Assembly: GCA_050174015.1 (NCBI GenBank)
Contig: JBFXKG010000005.1
Coordinates: 128,001 to 192,000 of the forward strand
From: Candidatus Krumholzibacteriia bacterium
GTDB lineage: Bacteria; Krumholzibacteriota; Krumholzibacteriia; LZORAL124-64-63
Length of the DNA: 64,000 nt
Direction: 5' to 3'
Shown here: positions 63,980-64,000 of the stretch, in pieces
How the letters are laid out: each line of letters opens with the position of its first letter
Position numbering within the stretch: position 1 is the first letter of the stretch
Position numbers and translations under genes: made by a program
The notes under the pieces: generated by a model
Seen by the model: only the letters and a program-made list of their open reading frames with translations
Databases searched by the model: none
Told to the model about the DNA's origin: nothing

Positions 63980-64000
63980 GTTATCCCTCCACAGGATGAA

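Overview
High-GC bacterial chromosome segment. T9SS/FlgD-type C-terminal domains, Gln-starting mature proteins and WGxxK tails suggest an FCB-group lineage such as Krumholzibacteriota or Latescibacterota (inference only). The most striking element is at 1-4830: three tandem two-gene cassettes (A1-B1, A2-B2, A3-B3) encoding small, very acidic secreted paralogs. Each cassette has its own sigma70-like promoter, a shared palindromic box (YARGAA-AAA-TTCCTR) and a downstream hairpin. All six proteins, plus three unrelated secreted proteins elsewhere in the window, end in the same short motif, V-x6-[WFL]-G-x-[VI]-K-[AS]-L-F-x1-2, a candidate C-terminal protein-sorting signal. The rest of the window holds: rlmH; an 11-subunit complex I operon (nuoABCDHIJKLMN, no nuoEFG); kynU; an FHA-GGDEF cyclase; a stand-alone HNH endonuclease; a tetraheme cytochrome-NrfC-NrfD module; an M43 protease; ppa; an acetate-type cluster (DUF4212, SSS symporter, DUF294 nucleotidyltransferase, DEDDh exonuclease, acs); two hybrid kinases; cheW-MCP; SulP; a serine hydrolase; a Cys/Pro-rich leader ORF followed by a metallothionein-like secreted protein; and two gene remnants. 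No rRNA, tRNA, CRISPR array or transposase was recognised. Family calls are from motif recognition by eye, not database searches.
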